DNA of 64,000 bases. Source: Eledone cirrhosa. Lineage: Eukaryota. Within the stretch, counting starts at the first letter, position 1, and every line of letters starts with the position of its first letter. The stretch is taken from NCBI GenBank assembly GCA_964016885.1, contig OZ024755.1, positions 25,234,001-25,298,000 on the forward strand. The letters run 5' to 3'. The notes below the pieces were generated by a model. The model ran no database searches, was not told the DNA's origin, and saw only the letters and a list, made by a program, of their open reading frames with translations. The translations under genes and the position numbers were made by a program. Positions 59,209 through 64,000 of this stretch are shown here, one piece after another.

Positions 59209-59632
59209 CGCATATGCATTCATTTATATGTATGAGTCGACAGTTGATCGACTTTTGTCAAATTGGACCGAAGAAATAATGTTTCGATTGGTCTTTCCAA
59301 TTGCTAATACTATCTATCGGTCGCAACTCCAGGTAGAAGGAGCAACGTGAAATAATGTGTCTTGCTCAACGTGAAATAATGTATCTCGCATCGCCCGGTC
59401 CAGGAATCGAACACACAACCTCACGATTGCGAATCCAATTCTCTAACCACTCAGCCGCACACCTTCACTATATGTATGAGTATATAAATATAAACGCTCA
59501 AACACAGACACACAAAAATACACACTCACAGACTTACAATCACACACACACACACACACACACACACATTGTGTGATGGACGGAAGTCGTTCAAATTCAT
59601 ATATAGATAATTTCAAAATGAAAAGAAAATAG

Positions 59633-59884
59633 TTGGAGGGTCTCTACATCCTTAGCTGGGTGGTATATCTTAATAGACCCTGCATTGGGCAATATAGCGA
59701 AAGCATTGCCGCGGAATACAACCGACGATACCCGCTGCATCAGCCATTTAACTTCACTGTACTACTTCCGCTGGCAAGATACCCTCCTCCCGAATTGGCG
59801 AAGGAAAATGGCAGTCTGGGAAACGAGTAGACCGGAAACCTCAAAGGCGACCGGCACAAAAAGGAAACGGTCAGTCAATGCCTG
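59633..59884 (-). mobile_element. Remnant of the C-terminal restriction-like endonuclease region of a CRE-like non-LTR retrotransposon
   Basis: Manual translation: QALTDRFLFVPVAFEVSGLLVSQTAIFLRQFGRRVSCQRK*YSEVKWLMQRVSSVVFRGNAFAIL. It matches the F.P.A.E..G and QR.S....RGNA..IL signatures. Confidence 0.75.
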
Positions 59885-59999
59885 CTATGTATAAATATCA
59901 TCCATCATTTATCATCACTACAAAACTGTATCATAGCAAGCAGAACGAAATCTCATTAATTCTAGTTGAAACTAGACACAGCTATATAGAGGTAACAGG

Positions 60000-60595
60000 A
60001 AGGAGATGATCGTCAGATCAGACCAAACAAACAATGTTTACGTTGGTATCTCCAGTGACGATACTATCAGCTACAATTCCTGACAGAAGAAAGGAGCTGA
60101 TCATCAGATCAGACCAAAGTAACAATGTTTCCATTGGTCTTTCATTATTGATAGTATCAGCTACAACTCCTGACAAAAGAAAGGAGCTGATCATCAGATC
60201 AGACCAAAGAAACAATGTTTCCATTGGTCTTTCATTATTGATACTATCAGCTACAACTCCTGGCAAAAGAAAGGAGCTGATCATCAGATCAGACCAAAGA
60301 AACAATGTTTCCATTGGTCTTTCATTATTGATAGTATCAGCTACAACTCCTGGCAAAAGAAAGGAGCTGATCATCAGATCAGACCAAAGAAACAATGTTT
60401 CCATTGGTCTTTCATTATTGATACTATCAGCTACAACTCCTGGCAAAAGAAAGGAGCTGATCATCAGATCAGACCAAAGAAACAATGTTTCCATTGGTCT
60501 TTCATTATTGATAGTATCAGCTACAACTCCTGGCAAAAGAAAGGAGCTGATCATCAGATCAGACCAAAGAAACAATGTGTCCGTTAGTCTCTCCA
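60000..60595. repeat. 90-bp tandem array (about 6.5 units, alternating 180-bp dimer), SINE-derived
   Basis: Units alternate atactatc / atagtatc. The unit resembles the family-B SINE body at 20285-20360. Confidence 0.92.
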
Positions 60596-61113
60596 ATGAT
60601 GATATTATCTGTCAGATGTATCTCATGGTGGAATGATATTTAAATTTAAAATACCCAGAGCTGAATCAGATACCTATTTGAAGAGAGAGAGAGAGAAGAG
60701 TCGACCTCTATACTGAAAAGTACTATTAGCCTAGGTGTGTTTTGAACTCAGGAGAGCAGCGCATTGTACCCGAAATGTTAATGATCTGACAACCTATATA
60801 TAGGATGACTTAAAACATCACACCACACCGCACCACACCACAATCACAACATCACACCGCCGCCTTTATACAGACACATTTACTGACATAAAGACTGTCC
60901 CACATGTAAGGCAGCTTTCAGTTATGTTTTGAATGTGGAAACCAGGCAGAGTTCTGGAACAGCAAACTATGTAGTATCAAAACAAGAATGTAAGCCAATC
61001 TTTATCAGTAAATACATTCATAATAGGAGAGTGTAGGGGGGCGGGTGCTCACCTTTCTTAATCTTCTCGGAGATGTAGACACACGCATAGGCACATACAC
61101 ACACACACACACA

Positions 61114-61194
<81 letters not shown>

Positions 61195-61381
61195 ATATAT
61201 ATATATATATATATAAATACGTACACGAACACACTCAAATACATCTGTATGAACACGTACACATGCAAACACACACATGCACAAATCTTTCTTATCTAAT
61301 CTGTGAATGTTGACAATATATTTTAAGTTCACCAACCAATGCTTTAAATTGCATATAAAGACAATTTAATCACCAGATACC

Positions 61382-61442
<61 letters not shown>

Positions 61443-61496
61443 CGTACACACACACGTACGTACGTACATACATACAAAGATACATACATACATATA

Positions 61497-61772
61497 TATG
61501 AGAGCCTCCCAAAAGTCAGCTCAAAAGTGACACAGAGGAGACAGAGGTTAGCTGGACATGCTCACCGACATTCAGAGTTGACATTGCACTCAGTGCTCTT
61601 GTGGGAGCCCCTACATTGACACACTGGAAGAGGAAGACTGAGGTTAACATATGTTGATGCCCTAAGGACAGACATTGGTCTGTTGGAGACGCAGGACATT
61701 GCAGCGATAATGAGGGACAGAGACCGCTGGAGAGAACTCGTCCATGGATCTCGGGAATTTTACCCGCCCTAG
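61497..61772 (+). mobile_element. RTE-clade LINE 3' end
   Basis: LPKVSSKVTQRRQRLAGHAHRH..LLWEPLH*HTGRGRLRLTYVDALRTDIG..MRDRDRWRELV..* matches the RTE ORF C-terminus. (AT)n follows the stop codon directly. Confidence 0.85.
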
Positions 61773-61928
61773 ATATATATATATATATATATACATACAT
61801 ATATATATATATTTATTAAAATAACAGATTTAATCTGTTATTTTAATAAATATTTGCTCTACGGTTCTTATATATTTGATATATATTTATCCTTATCGAG
61901 CCCTCTTTGGATTTTAGTCTTCAAATTT

Positions 61929-62025
<97 letters not shown>

Positions 62026-62960
62026 TATAAGAAGTATATGTAGGTAGTATGTATGCAGGATGGGGAGTTAGCAATGTCGTTAGAACATCGGGTGAACTGG
62101 TTCGCCTTTCAGCGTTACGGGGTCGATAAAATAAAGTACCAGTGATGCACTGAGGTCGATTTAATCGACTTTCCCCTCCCCAAAATTGTTGGGCTTGTCC
62201 CTAAATGAGATACCATTATTCCGGCTTTCTATGCTCTTGGTTCAAACTATACTCACTCTCTCACCCCTTCTCGCTCTCTCTCTCTCTCTCTCTCCATCTA
62301 TATATTTATCTGTCTCTCTATCTTTTCGTCTGTCTGCCTGTCCTTCTTTCTATCTTTCTCATTCTCCTTGTGCCTTTCTCTTTCTCAGTGCTGCCCCATT
62401 TCATCTGTTACTCTCTCCCTCTCACTCACTCTCATACACACACTCGCTCTCTCTCTCTCTCCCACACTCTCACTCTCTCTCTCTCATACTCTCTCTTACA
62501 CTGACTCCCACATACAGTCTATTCCCCCTCACCCCCACACACATTGTCTGTATTTCTCTGTTACTGAGATACCAAGGTAATAAGGACGCACTGGGTGTGA
62601 TATTCCTATTGTAATTCAGTAAATCTGCTGAGACAGGGGGACACTAACCCCTACACCAGAACTCTAGCTCTACACCTCCACCGGAGCACTAACCCCCAAC
62701 AGCAGAACTCTAGCCCTACACCTCCACCAGAACGCTACCCTCTCCAAAAAGGGAGCACTACCACCCCTCCATCACCAATGCCGCCGTCTCTCAGTTCTCA
62801 GTTTCTACCCCATCCCTCTACCCCTTACTCATTTGTTATCTTAGTAAAGTAATACCTAGTCACTATCACCCACCCACACCTCTCTACACCCACCCACTCA
62901 CACCTCCACATCTCTACACACCCACTCACACCTCCACACACACACACACACCCTATTCTC

Positions 62961-62991
<31 letters not shown>

Positions 62992-63254
62992 AAATAAATG
63001 CGTGTATGTGTATTTGCGTACATACAAAAATACTTGTGTGTGTGTGTGTTTGTGTATGAATGTGTGTATGCATGTATAAGTACGTATGTATATATCTATG
63101 TGTGTATATATATTTATATATATATATAGTCATATATATATATTTATGCATCTATGTGTATAAATGTAAATAGATGGGTACGTGTATATATGTGTATATA
63201 TATATGTGTGTGTGTGTGTGAGTGTATAGATGTGCATATATATATATGTGTGTA

Positions 63255-63362
<108 letters not shown>

Positions 63363-63383
63363 AGCGTATAGATGTGCATATAA

Positions 63384-63415
<32 letters not shown>

Positions 63416-64000
63416 GTGTGCGTGTATATATATATATGTGTGTGTGTGTGTAGATGTGCATATATATGTATATATATATATGTACGGACGCGTGTGTCTC
63501 TATCAAACCTAAAGATTTGTCAGAATGAATAAAGGAAAGAGAGGAAGGAGGTGAGAGAGGTCAGAATTTACATTGATAAAAGAAAAAAATGGAAAGATAA
63601 CTCTGGTTATGTTGTTAATGTTATAGTTACGATGGTGGTGGTAGCGGTGATGTTAGTGCCTTTAGCCGCAATGTGGGTTGTGTGATGGCGACGGTGGCGT
63701 TAGTGACGTTGTGGGTTATATGGTGGCGGCGGCGGTGTTACTAGCAATAGGGGTTGTGTGGTAGCGACGGTGGCGTTAGTCGCAATGTGGGTTGTGTGAT
63801 GGTGGCAGTGGCGTTACTCGCAATGTAGGTTGTGTGAAGCAATTGAGAAATATGGTGGAGTTTGTTTTAATATCTATGAGAATAGTATTTATAATCTTGT
63901 GCATATATATATATATATAAGTTGACGGAACCAGCATGGGTGTCACTGCTAGGACCGGTTGCATCTCAGTGTACTCAATAGGTAATGTTAAATATACTCC

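Noticed and set aside
59633-59894. Plus-strand 65-69 aa ORFs as RBM24 exon 3
   Set aside because: No similarity to RBM24 C-termini. The opposite strand explains the region as a retrotransposon remnant.

Overview
AT-rich, microsatellite-saturated animal genomic DNA. The SINE repertoire and (TA)n/(CA)n load suggest an octopus or other coleoid cephalopod (inference). One host gene is visible on the + strand: an RBM24/RBM38 (SUP-12/SEB4)-family RRM gene with two clear coding exons (18035-18211 and 24843-24966). Its 5' exon and C-terminal exons could not be located with confidence. The rest is intron or intergenic sequence containing tRNA-derived SINEs, LINE 3' fragments (CR1, Tx1, RTE and an RLE-type remnant), hAT/piggyBac/Tigger-like MITEs and TE-derived minisatellites. 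The most striking signal is invisible in the ORF track. Many short unique islands inside (TA)n tracts carry minimal hammerhead-ribozyme motifs (about 20 found by eye), fold-back inverted repeats with a one-sided 'tail', and a shared covarying ACTC/GAGT (or GCTC/GAGC) tail stem. One island is attached to a decayed GIY-YIG endonuclease, which points to a diverse swarm of (TA)n-associated Penelope-like retroelements. All coordinates were counted by hand; repeat boundaries are approximate.
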